Positions 20,011 through 30,913 are shown, counted from the first letter of the stretch. The stretch is DNA of 32,000 bases from Phycisphaera mikurensis NBRC 102666 (GCF_000284115.1 NC_017080.1:330001-362000), one strand, 5' to 3'. Made by a program: numbers and translations. The notes: generated by a model from the sequence alone, not told the origin.

Positions 20011-20506
20011 GCCGGCCGGAGGCCAAGGTGGCCCACCGCCACCGGCGGCGTAGGTCGGGCGGAGCCCGAGCGGTTCTTGGCGGTGCGGGCGTGTCCGCTG
20101 CGCGGGCTCTACACCGCCGGGGGCGGTGAGCCACCTGCGGGCCTGCGGGCCCGGGCCCTCACGATCCGCGGCTTCGCGCTGAGCACGCGGCTTGGCGGCC
20201 CGCTTCGTCTGCCGGCCGGAGGCCAAGGTGGCTCACCGCCTCCGGCGGTGTAGGTCGGGCGGAGCCCGAGCGGTTCTTGGCGGTGCGGGCGTGTCGGCTG
20301 CGCGGGCTCTACACCGCCGGGGGCGGTGAGCCACCTGCGGGCCTGGGCCCGGGCTCCCAGGGTCCGCGGCTTCGCGCTGAGCGTGCGGCTTGGCGGCCCG
20401 CGCCGTCTGCCGGCCGGAGGCGGAGGTGGCTCACCGCCTCCGGCGGTGTAGGTCGGGCGGAGCCCGAGCGGTTCTTGGCGGTGCGGGCGCGTCCGCTGCG
20501 CGGGCA
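20011..20506. repeat. Tandem repeat with about 200-bp unit, roughly 2.5 copies
   Basis: GCCGGCCGGAGG starts recur at 20011, 20211 and 20409. Each unit carries TAGGTCGGGCGGAGCCCGAGCGGTTCTTGGCGGTGCGGGC. The first two units continue to CTACACCGCCGGGGGCGGTGAGCCACC; the third is truncated. Confidence 0.92.
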
Positions 20507-20541
20507 CAGCCTCCGTGGTGCGTCGAGATCGGCGGCTCCGC

Positions 20542-22176
20542 TCAGGCCCCGGCCGGGGTGGCGGCTTCTTCGGCGTCTTCGCCGGTGTCGAGGCGGTCCA
20601 GGGCGGAGCGGGCGAGGCCCAGGCCCATCTCGTCGTGGAGGTAGCAGGCGGCGTCGACGCCGGCGGCACGCAGGGCGTCGATCTCGTCGGGGAAGCGGGC
20701 CATCGCGACGATGTGGCCGGTGTAGCCGCGGGCGCGGATCAGCCGCGTGATCGTGTTGGACTCGGCCTTGGCCTGCAGGCTGATCACGACCAGCTCGGTG
20801 GAGGAGTCGGGGCTGAGGCGGGCGTAGAAATCGGGATCGGTGGCGTCGCCGTGGACGACGGTCCGCCCGGCGGCGGCGTGCCGCTCGACGGTGGTGCGGT
20901 TGACGTCGAGGCCGATGACCCCCTCGCCCAGCCGCTCCCGCAGCGCGTCGTAGGCGGCGGTGCCGACGCGGCCCATCGCGATCACCACCGCCCGCGGCGG
21001 CCGCTCCAGCTCGATGTGCCGGTCGTCGGGCAGCCGCTCCTGGGTCTCGAAGCCCAGCAGCCGCGATTGCCAGCGGGCGAAGAGGCGGTGCGCCGCCGCG
21101 TTGAAGGGGGCCGCGAGCACGAAGCTGAGGCTCACGGTGATCGCCAGCACGACCAGCCACTCGCGGCTGATCCAGCCTTTGTCCGCACCGAGCGCGCCGA
21201 CGATCAGCCCGAACTCGCTGGCGTTGGCGAGCACGACCGCGCTGAGCATCGCGGTGCGGGCCCGCAGCCGGAAGCGGGTCATCAGCCAGAAGAAGGCGAC
21301 CGCCTTGAGCGGCACCAGCAGCACCAGCGCCACCGCGATCCCCAGCTGCTCGGGGCCCGGCAGCCCGTTGAGGCCGATCGTCAGGAAGAAGGCGACCAGC
21401 AGGAGGTCTTTGAGGCCCAGCAGGCTCTTGGAGAGCTCGCTGGCCTTGGGGTGCGAGCCGATGAGCAGGCCGGCGATCAGGGCGCCCAGGTCGGGCTTCA
21501 TCTTCAAGAGGGTGAACAGCTCGGTGAAGCCGTAGACCAGCACGAGCCCCGAGAGCAGCAGCAGCTCGCCGTGGCCGACCCGGTCCATCGCGAGCTTGAG
21601 CAGCGGCCGCACGAGCGGCAGCGCGAGCAGGCCGACCGCCCAGGGGGACGGCACCTTCCCCAGCGACGCGGTGAGGAAGACGATCGCGAAGAGGTCCTGC
21701 ACGATGAGGACCCCGATCGCCTCGTCGCCGTGGCGGCTCTTCAGCTCCGCCTTGTCTTCGAGCACCTTCACCGCGAAGACCGTGCTGGAGAAGCTGAGCG
21801 CGAAGGCGATCAGGAGCGAGGTGCTCCAGGACAGCTCGGCGAAGATCCCAAGCCCCAGCAGCGAGAGCCCGAAGAGGCCGACCCCGACCCCGAGCGTGGT
21901 CGCGGCCATGTGCGCCGAGGCGACTCCCCAGACCTCGGGCTTCGCGAGGCCGCGGAGGTCCAGCTTGAGCCCGATGCTGAACAGCAGCAGGTGGATGCCC
22001 AGGTCGGCCAGCGTGTCGAGCGTGTCCGAGGGCTCGACCCCGATGCCCGAGAGCACGAAGCCCGCCCCCAGGAAGCCGACCATCGGCGGCAGGCCGAGCT
22101 GCCGGACCGCGAGGCCGACCAGGAACGCGATGACCACCCAGATCGGATCCATGCCTGCCGCTCCGGACGCGCCCAC
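20542..22176 (-). CDS. CPA2-family cation:proton antiporter (KefB/KefC-like) with C-terminal TrkA-N/RCK-like domain
   Basis: Multiple transmembrane helices (LGLPPMVGFLGAGFVLSGIG, LALSFSSTVFAVKVLED-type motif, IGVLIVQDLFAIVFL), then a nucleotide-binding region AVVIAMGRVGTAAYDALRERLGEGVIGLDVNR. Alternative start MDPIW at 22152. Confidence 0.93.
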   Translation of the reverse strand: MGASGAAGMDPIWVVIAFLVGLAVRQLGLPPMVGFLGAGFVLSGIGVEPSDTLDTLADLGIHLLLFSIGLKLDLRGLAKPEVWGVASAHMAATTLGVGVGLFGLSLLGLGIFAELSWSTSLLIAFALSFSSTVFAVKVLEDKAELKSRHGDEAIGVLIVQDLFAIVFLTASLGKVPSPWAVGLLALPLVRPLLKLAMDRVGHGELLLLSGLVLVYGFTELFTLLKMKPDLGALIAGLLIGSHPKASELSKSLLGLKDLLLVAFFLTIGLNGLPGPEQLGIAVALVLLVPLKAVAFFWLMTRFRLRARTAMLSAVVLANASEFGLIVGALGADKGWISREWLVVLAITVSLSFVLAAPFNAAAHRLFARWQSRLLGFETQERLPDDRHIELERPPRAVVIAMGRVGTAAYDALRERLGEGVIGLDVNRTTVERHAAAGRTVVHGDATDPDFYARLSPDSSTELVVISLQAKAESNTITRLIRARGYTGHIVAMARFPDEIDALRAAGVDAACYLHDEMGLGLARSALDRLDTGEDAEEAATPAGA

Positions 22177-22247
22177 TCCAAAACCTCCGCCATCGGTCCG
22201 ACCCGGGCACGCGGGTGAAAGCGTTGGGGCCGCTGGCCGGGGCGGAG

Positions 22248-22293
22248 CCGCGGACCGCGTGCCGTTTCGGCGAGAAACCGCGACGGTCCGCGG
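22248..22293. repeat. 46-bp inverted-end element, copy 5
   Basis: CCGCGGACCG-26 nt-CGGTCCGCGG, perfect 10-bp inverted ends. Shares AAACCGCGACGGTCCGCGG with the reverse complement of copy 3. Confidence 0.87.
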
Positions 22294-22299
22294 AGTCCT

Positions 22300-23100
22300 T
22301 TAGCCCGGGAGGCGGAACCGCCCGCTCTCCCGCAGGAAGCGGGTGGGGGCTTCGAAGAGGACGTCGCGGACGAACGCCGCGTCGTGGCCGCGAGCGCGGA
22401 GCTCCAGGGCGCACTTGGGGACCGCGAGGGGGTCGCTTCTTCCCCAGTCGGCGGCGGAGTTGATCCAGGTGCGCTCGCTCCCGTAGCACTCCAGCAGGTC
22501 GGCGGCGCGGGCCGGGGAGAGCTTGGAGTCGGGGTAGAGGGTCATGCCGGCCCAGTACCCGCGGTCGAGGACCATCGAGGCGGTGTGCTCCTCGACGTGG
22601 TCGACGAGGACGCGGGCCGGATCCACGCCGGCGGCGTCGAGCGCGTCGAGGATCAGGCGGGTGCCCTTGCTCTTGTCCTCGAGGTGCGGGGTGTGGACGA
22701 GGATCAGCTTGTCGTGCTCCAGCGCGAGGGCGACGTGCTCCTCGAAGACGGACAGCTCGGCCCGGGTGTTGCGGTTGAGGCCGATCTCGCCGACGCCCAG
22801 CACGTTGGGTCGGTCCAGCAGGTCCGGGATCAGCGACATCACCTCGCGGGCGAAGGCGGTGTCCTGGGCTTCCTTCGGGTTGACGGCGAGCCAGCAGAAG
22901 TGCTGGATGCCGAACCGGGCGGCGCGGGCGGGCTCCACGTCCGTGAGCTGGCGGAAGTAGTCGGCGAAGCCGGCGGGGCTGGAGCGGTCGAAGCCGGCCC
23001 AGAAGGCGGGCTCGGTGACGGCCACGCAACCGGCGGCGGCCATGGCGGCGTAGTCGTCGGTCGTCCGCGAGACCATGTGGATGTGCGGGTCGATGTACAT
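22300..23100 (-). CDS. TatD-family metal-dependent hydrolase
   Basis: [41 protein letters not shown]...[10 protein letters not shown]...[15 protein letters not shown]...[13 protein letters not shown] at 23100; the track start 23214 is an extension. Confidence 0.85.
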   Translation of the reverse strand: MYIDPHIHMVSRTTDDYAAMAAAGCVAVTEPAFWAGFDRSSPAGFADYFRQLTDVEPARAARFGIQHFCWLAVNPKEAQDTAFAREVMSLIPDLLDRPNVLGVGEIGLNRNTRAELSVFEEHVALALEHDKLILVHTPHLEDKSKGTRLILDALDAAGVDPARVLVDHVEEHTASMVLDRGYWAGMTLYPDSKLSPARAADLLECYGSERTWINSAADWGRSDPLAVPKCALELRARGHDAAFVRDVLFEAPTRFLRESGRFRLPG

Positions 23101-23138
23101 CGCGCGGGGCCGCCGGGCCCCGCAAGGTACGACGCCGG

Positions 23139-24248
23139 TCACCCCCGGAGCAGCCCGGCCAGCACCATGGCGGCGCCGGGCACGGCGAGGCAGGCGCCGG
23201 CGAGGCCCAGGCACAGGCGGGTGGTGCGGGAACGCTCGTCCTCGGCCTCGCCGAACAGCGGCGGGAGCACGCCGGCGAGCACGCGGACCGGGGCGTCGAG
23301 CTTGGCGGCGGCGGGGCGGAGGAGCGGGCGTCGCGCGCGGCCCGGCGTCGCGGGAGGCGGCGGGGCCGCGGCGGCGGCCGGCGCGTCGGACGCGGCGGGT
23401 GCGGGCGGTGGCGGGGCGTCCGGTGCGTCCGGGGGGGCGGCCGCTTCGGCGGGTTCGGCGGGGGGTGGAACGGAAGCGTTCCGGATCCCGTCGCCGTCGC
23501 CGTCGCTGGCGGCCGGCTCGGGTTCGGGCGTGTGCGGCGGCGACACCGGCTCCGAAGGCAGGCCGGCCGCTTCGCGTTCGAGGGCGGCAAGGTCCAGGAA
23601 GGCGGCTTCTCGCCGCGCCGGCTGCGTGGGTGCTGGCGGGGGGGGCGCGGCCTCGGGCGGACCCGCCGGGTCCGCCGGGTCCGCCGGGCCGAACTCCGCC
23701 TCGGCCTCGGCGGCGAGCAGCGCGTCGAGGTCGAGCAGCTCGCCGGAGACCTCGGCGGGCGGTGCCGGCTCGGCGGCGGGCGGTCCGATCCCCGCCGCCG
23801 GAGCCCCGGCGGCCGCGCCCGGCTCGGGATTCGCGTCCGCGACAACGCCCGCCCCGGCTCCCGCGGCTCCGGCTCCTTCGGGCGGCGGTCCGCTCCCCGG
23901 AGCCTCCGGGGGGCCGTCGTCGTCGTCCGCCGAGTCGTGGTCGCGTTCGGGGTTGGCGTCGCCCTCGCCGCCCTCGCCCCCCCGCTCGCTCTCCCGCGCG
24001 GCCGCGAGCACGGCCGATCCCATCCGGGCCTCGACCTCCCGATCGATCTCCGCGGTGGCATCGCCGGCTCGCCGGGCGGGCTTCGCCTGCGCCGCGCCGC
24101 CGTCGCCCTCGGCGCCGGCGGCCGGGTTCGCCATCTTGTTCAGCAGCGAGTCGAGCTGGGCCTCGAGCTCGTGCGGCGGCGGAGCGTCCTCGCCGTCGCT
24201 CCGCGTGGGCGGCGGTTCGGGGTCGGGATGGTCCGGGGGCTGTTCCAC
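23139..24248 (-). CDS. Hypothetical Pro/Ala/Asp/Glu-rich protein with C-terminal hydrophobic helix
   Basis: Long low-complexity acidic/proline region ending in [29 protein letters not shown]. Confidence 0.6.
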   Translation of the reverse strand: MEQPPDHPDPEPPPTRSDGEDAPPPHELEAQLDSLLNKMANPAAGAEGDGGAAQAKPARRAGDATAEIDREVEARMGSAVLAAARESERGGEGGEGDANPERDHDSADDDDGPPEAPGSGPPPEGAGAAGAGAGVVADANPEPGAAAGAPAAGIGPPAAEPAPPAEVSGELLDLDALLAAEAEAEFGPADPADPAGPPEAAPPPPAPTQPARREAAFLDLAALEREAAGLPSEPVSPPHTPEPEPAASDGDGDGIRNASVPPPAEPAEAAAPPDAPDAPPPPAPAASDAPAAAAAPPPPATPGRARRPLLRPAAAKLDAPVRVLAGVLPPLFGEAEDERSRTTRLCLGLAGACLAVPGAAMVLAGLLRG

Positions 24249-24338
24249 GCTGAGGGGCGGGGGTTCCCGCTCGCGTCTCTATCGTGCATCCGCGGGGGGG
24301 GATTCACCCGGAGGGCCCCGCGCGCCCCGCCCGCCGCC

Positions 24339-25049
24339 ATGCCGCCGACCTTCGTCCTCCCGGAACTGGCTTCCTGTGCCGCCGCGGAGCGGGTGGCGCT
24401 GCCCCGGGAGGAGGCGGTCCACGCGGCGCGGGTGCTCCGCCTCCGGGCCGGCGACCAGGTGACGCTGATCGACGGGGTAGGCACCCGCGCCGAGGCGGAG
24501 GTGGCGGGGGTGGAGCGCGGCGTCGTGACGGTTTGGGTGGGGGCTCGCTCCCGGCCGCCCGCGCCCAAGCCGGCGGTGCGCGTGCTCGCCGCCCCGCCCA
24601 AGGGCGCCCGCGCTGAAGCCATGGTCGACGGCCTCGCCCAGCTGGGCGTCGCGGCGTGGGTGCCCCTCTTGACCGACCGGGGCGAGCCGGACGGCTCCGC
24701 AAACCGCCGCCGCCGCTGGGAGCGGGCGGCGGCGGAGGCGGCGAAGCAGTGCGGGCGGGCCGCGTTCCTGCGCGTGGAGCCGGCGGCCGGGCTGGCGGAG
24801 ACGCTGAGGCCGCCCGCGGCGGGGCTGCGGGTGCTGGCGGATCCCGCCGGCGAGCGGCCCTCGCCGCCCCCCGGCACCGCCGCCGTCGACCTGTTCGTCG
24901 GCCCCGAAGGCGGGTTCACCGACGCGGAGCGTCGGCGGATCCTCGATGCCGGCGCGGCCGCGTGGAGGCTGGGTCCGCACGTCCTGCGGATCGAGACCGC
25001 GGCCCTGGCGGGCGCCGCGATCGCCGCCCGCGGACCGACGCCGGTTTAG
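24339..25049 (+). CDS. rsmE: 16S rRNA (uracil(1498)-N(3))-methyltransferase
   Basis: HAARVLRLRAGDQVTLIDG, KARAEAM-like region and C-terminal LFVGPEGGFTDAERRRI...LGPHVLRIETAALAG. ATG at 24339. Confidence 0.92.
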   Translation: MPPTFVLPELASCAAAERVALPREEAVHAARVLRLRAGDQVTLIDGVGTRAEAEVAGVERGVVTVWVGARSRPPAPKPAVRVLAAPPKGARAEAMVDGLAQLGVAAWVPLLTDRGEPDGSANRRRRWERAAAEAAKQCGRAAFLRVEPAAGLAETLRPPAAGLRVLADPAGERPSPPPGTAAVDLFVGPEGGFTDAERRRILDAGAAAWRLGPHVLRIETAALAGAAIAARGPTPV

Positions 25050-25074
25050 AGCCCGGGGCCGGCGTGGTCCGCGG
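25028..25074. repeat. 47-bp variant of the inverted-end element, copy 6
   Basis: CCGCGGACCGACGCCGG-TTTAGAGCCCGGGG-CCGGCGTGGTCCGCGG: 16 paired bases with one bulged G. Overlaps the rsmE stop codon. Confidence 0.8.
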
Positions 25075-25106
25075 GTCCGCGGATTCGCGCCCCTCCCGCC
25101 GCGTGC

Positions 25107-26444
25107 TCAGACCTCGATGGACAGCAGCGAAGCACCCGGCAGCTTCGCGATCATCTCGGCGGCGAGGAGCTGGCGGACGGGCTGGAGGTCCATCCGCTGG
25201 AAGCCCTCGGCGGCGAAGGCATAGATCAGCATCGCCCGCGCGGTCTCCTCGTCGAGGCCGCGGCTGCGGAAGTAGAAGACGGCGTCGGGGTCGACCTCGC
25301 CGGTGGTGCAGCCGTGCGTGCACTTCACGTCGTCGGCGAAGATCTCCAGCTGCGGGCGGGCGTTGACGCGGGCGCCCTCGCTGAGCAGCAGGTTGCGGTT
25401 GCTCTGCACGGCGTCGGTCTGCTGGGCGACGGGGTCGACGACGATGCGGCCGGTGAACACGCCGCGGCTCTCGCCGTTGAGGATGCCCTTGTAGAACTGC
25501 CGGCTGCGGCAGCCCTGCGCCGCGTGGTGCACGCGCATCACGTTGTCGAGGTGCTGGTGCCCGTCGCCGACGTACAAGCCGTTGATCAGGCACTCGCAGT
25601 CGGTCCCGGCCAGCGTCGGGCTCACGTTGTTGCGGACCAGCGATCCGCCGAGCAGCACGGTGTGGCTCTTGACGTCGGTGCTCTCGCCCAGGTGCGCGAA
25701 GAGGCTGGCCACGTGGAAAGCCTCCCGGCCGTCCCGCTCCAGGAAGTAGTGCTCGACGCGGGCGCGGTCGGCCGCGAAGATCTCGGTCGCGGCGTTGGTG
25801 AGCGAGACGCCGGCCCCCTCCACGGCCACGGCGTGCTCGAGCACCGTGACCGAGGACGCCACGCCCGCGATGATCAGCCCGCGCGGGTGGCTGGCCACCG
25901 GCTCGCCCGCGTCGGTCGCGATGGAGAGCACGTGCACCGGCTTGCTCGCCGCGACGCCGTCCTGGACGCGGACGAAGACGCCGTTCTCGACGCTCGCGTT
26001 GTTGAGCGCCGTGAAGGCGTCGTCGGTCTCGCGGGTCAGCCGGCCCAGGTGCGGCTCGACGAGGTCCCGGTGCTGGCAGATCGCCTCGGTCAAGGGGAGC
26101 ACGAGCACGCCGGGCTCCAGCTCGCCCGTGGCATCGGACAGCTCTTCACGGAAGCGGCCGTCCACGAAAACCAGCAGCGTTGCGTCCAGGCCGGGCACCT
26201 GGAACGACGCGAGCGCCTCGTCGCTCACCTCCGCGTCGTCCACCGCCGACACGAAGTTGGTCGCCGCCAGCTTGTCGAGGTTGGTGAAGCGCCACGACTC
26301 GTTCCGCTTGCCCGGCCAGCCCAGCTCCTTGAAGCGGGCGCGGCCCGCGTCGCGGAAGGGGTTCAGCCAGCTCTGGCACTCGGGGATGGTCCGGCTCGCT
26401 TCGATCACGTCCGGGAGGGTATGCGTGGGGGTGGAGGTGGCCAT
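25107..26444 (-). CDS. sufD: Fe-S cluster assembly protein SufD
   Basis: GKRNESWRFTNLDKL, HVLSIATDAGEPV, HQHLDNVMRVHHAAQGCRSRQFYKGIL, DAVQSNRNLLLSEGARVNARPQLEIFADDVKCTHGCTTGEVD. Confidence 0.95.
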   Translation of the reverse strand: MATSTPTHTLPDVIEASRTIPECQSWLNPFRDAGRARFKELGWPGKRNESWRFTNLDKLAATNFVSAVDDAEVSDEALASFQVPGLDATLLVFVDGRFREELSDATGELEPGVLVLPLTEAICQHRDLVEPHLGRLTRETDDAFTALNNASVENGVFVRVQDGVAASKPVHVLSIATDAGEPVASHPRGLIIAGVASSVTVLEHAVAVEGAGVSLTNAATEIFAADRARVEHYFLERDGREAFHVASLFAHLGESTDVKSHTVLLGGSLVRNNVSPTLAGTDCECLINGLYVGDGHQHLDNVMRVHHAAQGCRSRQFYKGILNGESRGVFTGRIVVDPVAQQTDAVQSNRNLLLSEGARVNARPQLEIFADDVKCTHGCTTGEVDPDAVFYFRSRGLDEETARAMLIYAFAAEGFQRMDLQPVRQLLAAEMIAKLPGASLLSIEV

Positions 26445-26506
26445 GGCTCAGTTCCGCGGCTTGGCCGCGGGTGTGGGATCGGGAGGCGGCGGAGACGCCG
26501 GGGGCT

Positions 26507-27283
26507 TCAGGCGACGCCGGCGTGCTCCTGCAGAAACGGCGCATAGCCCGTCTCCTCCAGCTCGGTCGCCAGCTCCTTGCCGCCGGAGCGGATGATCCGG
26601 CCGCCGGCGAGGATGTGCACGTGGTCGGGCACGATGTAGTCCAGCAACCGCTGGTAGTGCGTGATGAGCAGGAAGGAGCGGTCCTGGTCGCGCATCGAGT
26701 TCACGCCCTCAGAGACGATCCGCAGGGCGTCGATGTCCAGGCCCGAGTCGGTCTCGTCGAGCACACCGAGCACGCTGCCCAACACCGCCATCTGGAAGAT
26801 CTCGAAACGCTTCTTCTCGCCGCCGGAGAAGCCCTCGTTCACGTTGCGCTTGAGCATCTCGTAGGGCACGTTGATCTGGCTGGCCTTCTCGCGGAAGTGC
26901 TTGAGCAGCTGGGCGGCGTCGAGCTCTTCCTTGCCCTCGAAGGCCTGCTTCGCGTTGACCGCGGCCTTGAGGAACTGCATCGCCGACACGCCGGGGATCT
27001 CGACGGGGTACTGGAAGGCCAGGAACAGCCCGCTGTTGGCCCGCTCGTCGGCGCCCAGCTCGGTGATGTCCTCGCCCTTGAAGAGGATCGACCCCTCGGT
27101 GATCTCGTAGTCCTCCTTTCCGGCGAGGACCTGGGCGAGCGTGGACTTGCCCGAGCCGTTGGGGCCCATGATGGAGTGGACCTCGCCGGGCTGGATCGTC
27201 AGCGAGAGTCCGTGGAGGATCTCGACGTCGGGGTCGTCCTCGAGGCGGACGTGGAGGTTGGTGATTTCGAGGAGGGGGGTCAT
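26507..27283 (-). CDS. sufC: Fe-S cluster assembly ATPase SufC
   Basis: Walker A IMGPNGSGKSTLAQVLAGK, FLAFQYPVEIPGV, FSGGEKKRFEIFQMAVLG, ITHYQRLLDYIVPDHVHIL. ATG at 27283. Confidence 0.97.
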   Translation of the reverse strand: MTPLLEITNLHVRLEDDPDVEILHGLSLTIQPGEVHSIMGPNGSGKSTLAQVLAGKEDYEITEGSILFKGEDITELGADERANSGLFLAFQYPVEIPGVSAMQFLKAAVNAKQAFEGKEELDAAQLLKHFREKASQINVPYEMLKRNVNEGFSGGEKKRFEIFQMAVLGSVLGVLDETDSGLDIDALRIVSEGVNSMRDQDRSFLLITHYQRLLDYIVPDHVHILAGGRIIRSGGKELATELEETGYAPFLQEHAGVA

Positions 27284-27342
27284 GGTTTCCGCCTCCGGCG
27301 GAGGGGCTTGGGGGTGGGTGGAAAAGGAAGCGGTCGGTGGGC

Positions 27343-28872
<1,530 letters not shown>

Positions 28873-29088
28873 GGCGATGTTCCTTGGGCGGCCCCGCCCG
28901 TGGGGCGCGGCAAAGAGGATAGGCGGGCAGGGCCGCCCGCCGGGGACGGCCGCGGAAGCCACCCCACCGGCGGGCGGTTCGCAGCGGACGCGGGAAGCGG
29001 GGAGATCCCGGCTCCGGTGGGTGCCGCCGCCGCAAGGCGGCGTAGCATCGCGGCACCCCGCAACCGGGACCCAACCGAAAGAGAACCC

Positions 29089-29421
29089 ATGCCCATCAAC
29101 CTTTCCGACACCGCGAAGCGTGAGATCAAGTCCATCATCGAGCAGCAGGAGCTCGACGCCGAGAGCGTGAAGCTCCGCGTCGGGGTCAAGGGCGGCGGCT
29201 GCTCGGGCTTCTCGTACCTGCTCGACCTCACCGAGACCCAGCGCGACAACGACGAGGAGTTCGAGGTCGAGGGCCTCCGCGTCGTGTGCGACCCCAAGAG
29301 CTACCTGTACCTCAACGGGACGAGCATCGACTTCAAGGACGAAGTGATGGGCAGGGGTTTCGTCTTCAACAACCCCAACGCCACGAGCACGTGCGGCTGC
29401 GGAAGCTCCTTCAGCGCCTGA
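29089..29421 (+). CDS. HesB/IscA/SufA-type iron-sulfur carrier protein
   Basis: [17 protein letters not shown]...[19 protein letters not shown]; conserved Cys and CGCG motif. ATG at 29089, embedded in track ORF 27337..29421. Confidence 0.95.
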   Translation: MPINLSDTAKREIKSIIEQQELDAESVKLRVGVKGGGCSGFSYLLDLTETQRDNDEEFEVEGLRVVCDPKSYLYLNGTSIDFKDEVMGRGFVFNNPNATSTCGCGSSFSA

Positions 29422-29588
29422 GCGGTTTCTTGGAGCAGCGCAGCCAGCGGAGGCGGTGCGTGGGCGGAGCGGTCGCCGCGTTGCGGCCGCGCCGGGCACA
29501 GACAAGAAGAGACGGGGCGGAGTTGCCCGGGGGCTTCGGCTTGCTCCTCTGACACGCCGGTCGCATCGCCCGCTCGCGGCTCGCGGCG

Positions 29589-29634
29589 CCGCGGATCGCT
29601 GGCGCCGCCGCCGGATCGCGGAGACGGTCCGCGG
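29589..29634. repeat. 46-bp inverted-end element, copy 7 (one arm mismatch)
   Basis: CCGCGGATCG-26 nt-CGGTCCGCGG. Confidence 0.78.
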
Positions 29635-29650
29635 GTCCGGCCGCGGCTCT

Positions 29651-29696
29651 CCGCGGACCGCCAGCCAGAGACGGCGTTCCGGCGGACGGTCCGCGG
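29651..29696. repeat. 46-bp inverted-end element, copy 8
   Basis: CCGCGGACCG-26 nt-CGGTCCGCGG, perfect 10-bp inverted ends, 16 bp from copy 7. Confidence 0.87.
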
Positions 29697-29827
29697 CGGG
29701 GCGTCGCGTCCCGGCGGCGCCTTGGGGGCAGCAGCAGCCTTTGGTAGGGTTCCGCGTCCGCGTGAACGGCCTTCGCAGCGTGCGCAGGCCGACGCGGACA
29801 GGAACCCCGCCCGAAAGGCTTTCTCTC

Positions 29828-30037
29828 ATGAAGATCACCGACCTCGCCAAGCTCTCCACCGCCGCCCTCGCCCTGGGGGTCTTCGGCACCGCCGGCCTCG
29901 GGTGCGAGTCCATGAGCGGGGGCGACGAGATGGAGTCCGCCGGCGACAACATGATGGAGGCCGCCGAGGACACCGGCGACGCGATGGGCGAGATGGCGGA
30001 GGACACCGGCGACGCGGTGAAGGACGCGATGGACTGA
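29828..30037 (+). CDS. Small (69 aa) putative lipoprotein
   Basis: [69 protein letters not shown]; lipobox-like GLGC, acidic tail with repeated AEDTGDA. Confidence 0.75.
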   Translation: MKITDLAKLSTAALALGVFGTAGLGCESMSGGDEMESAGDNMMEAAEDTGDAMGEMAEDTGDAVKDAMD

Positions 30038-30065
30038 TCCCGCTCCGGGATCCCGACGCCCCCGC

Positions 30066-30098
30066 GGCCCGCTTTCCCCTTGGGGAGGCGGGCCTTTT
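30066..30098 (+). terminator. Probable intrinsic terminator
   Basis: GGCCCGCTTTCCCC-TT-GGGGAGGCGGGCC followed by TTTT, 28 bp after the small lipoprotein stop. Confidence 0.7.
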
Positions 30099-30208
30099 CG
30101 TTGCCAGCCTCTCGACCGGTGTCCCGGGGCCGATAAACTCGGTTCTTCCCGCCCGCAGGGCATCCCAACATCGCCCGGCGTGACCCGCCCCTCCCGATCG
30201 CCAAGCCC

Positions 30209-30913
30209 ATGCCCGGAATCAAGGACAAGATGACCGGCCTGCTCTCCAAGCTCCGCGGCGACAAGCCGGTGGCGCTGGACGTGGTGCGGAAGGACGACGG
30301 CACCGAGGCACGCCGCGAGGTGACGATCGCCCAGCTGAAGGAGGGCTACGGCGAGGTCGTCGGCACGATGCAGGCCATCCGCGGCCACCTCGACGACCAG
30401 AAGGTCCGCCAGGACCGCATGGAGCAGATGCTCTCGGGCCTGCCCGAGGTGCTGCGGGCGGTGCCCGAGGCGGCGCGGACGCAGACGCAGCTGGTGAAGG
30501 CGATCGGGGCGCACCTCGAGACGCAATCCGCGGCGACGGGGCAGCTGACCGAGGCGATCCACGGGCTCTCGAACAACAGCCGCAAGCAGGACCAGACGCT
30601 GGAGGGCATCGCGGAGCACCTCGTCGAGGAGCGAGAGACCAAGCGGGAGCTGAACACCAGCGTGCTCTCGCTCAACGCCGCCATGGAGGGCGTGGAGGCG
30701 AGCAACCTCGCCGCCCGCGACGCGCTCGCGGCGAGCCGCGAGGAGGCCCAGCGACGCGAGGAGCGCCTCGTCCAGATGCACCAGCGCGGCCAGCGCAACA
30801 ACACGCTGATGCTCGTCTTCGCCGCCGCGCTCTTTCTCGCCGTCATCGCCGCCGGCATCTGGCTCGTCAGCACGGGCGCCCTGACGCTCCCGGCGGCGCC
30901 CGCGTCGGGGTGA
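30209..30913 (+). CDS. Hypothetical coiled-coil protein with C-terminal transmembrane helix
   Basis: Gln/Glu-rich helical region ([47 protein letters not shown]), then [24 protein letters not shown]. Confidence 0.75.
   Translation: MPGIKDKMTGLLSKLRGDKPVALDVVRKDDGTEARREVTIAQLKEGYGEVVGTMQAIRGHLDDQKVRQDRMEQMLSGLPEVLRAVPEAARTQTQLVKAIGAHLETQSAATGQLTEAIHGLSNNSRKQDQTLEGIAEHLVEERETKRELNTSVLSLNAAMEGVEASNLAARDALAASREEAQRREERLVQMHQRGQRNNTLMLVFAAALFLAVIAAGIWLVSTGALTLPAAPASG

Noticed and set aside
20011-20506. Tandem array as CRISPR
   Set aside because: The period is about 200 bp, nearly the whole unit is conserved, and no short repeat/unique spacer pattern or cas gene is present.
19960-20669. Minus-strand ORFs 19960..20226 and 20109..20669 encoding repeated peptide RRWLTAPGGVEPAQ...RPHRQEPLGLRPTY
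   Set aside because: The peptide repeat is explained by the tandem DNA repeat and its inverted arms, with no ribosome-binding site or protein-family signal.
20309-24061. 1250-aa minus-strand ORF
   Set aside because: Overlaps the clearly homologous CPA2 antiporter and TatD-family genes in another frame; translation is compositionally biased.
28950-28993. Possible ninth copy of the inverted-end element (CCGCGGAAGC...GCGGACGCGG)
   Set aside because: Length is 44 bp and both arms are degenerate; indistinguishable from background in this GC-rich sequence.
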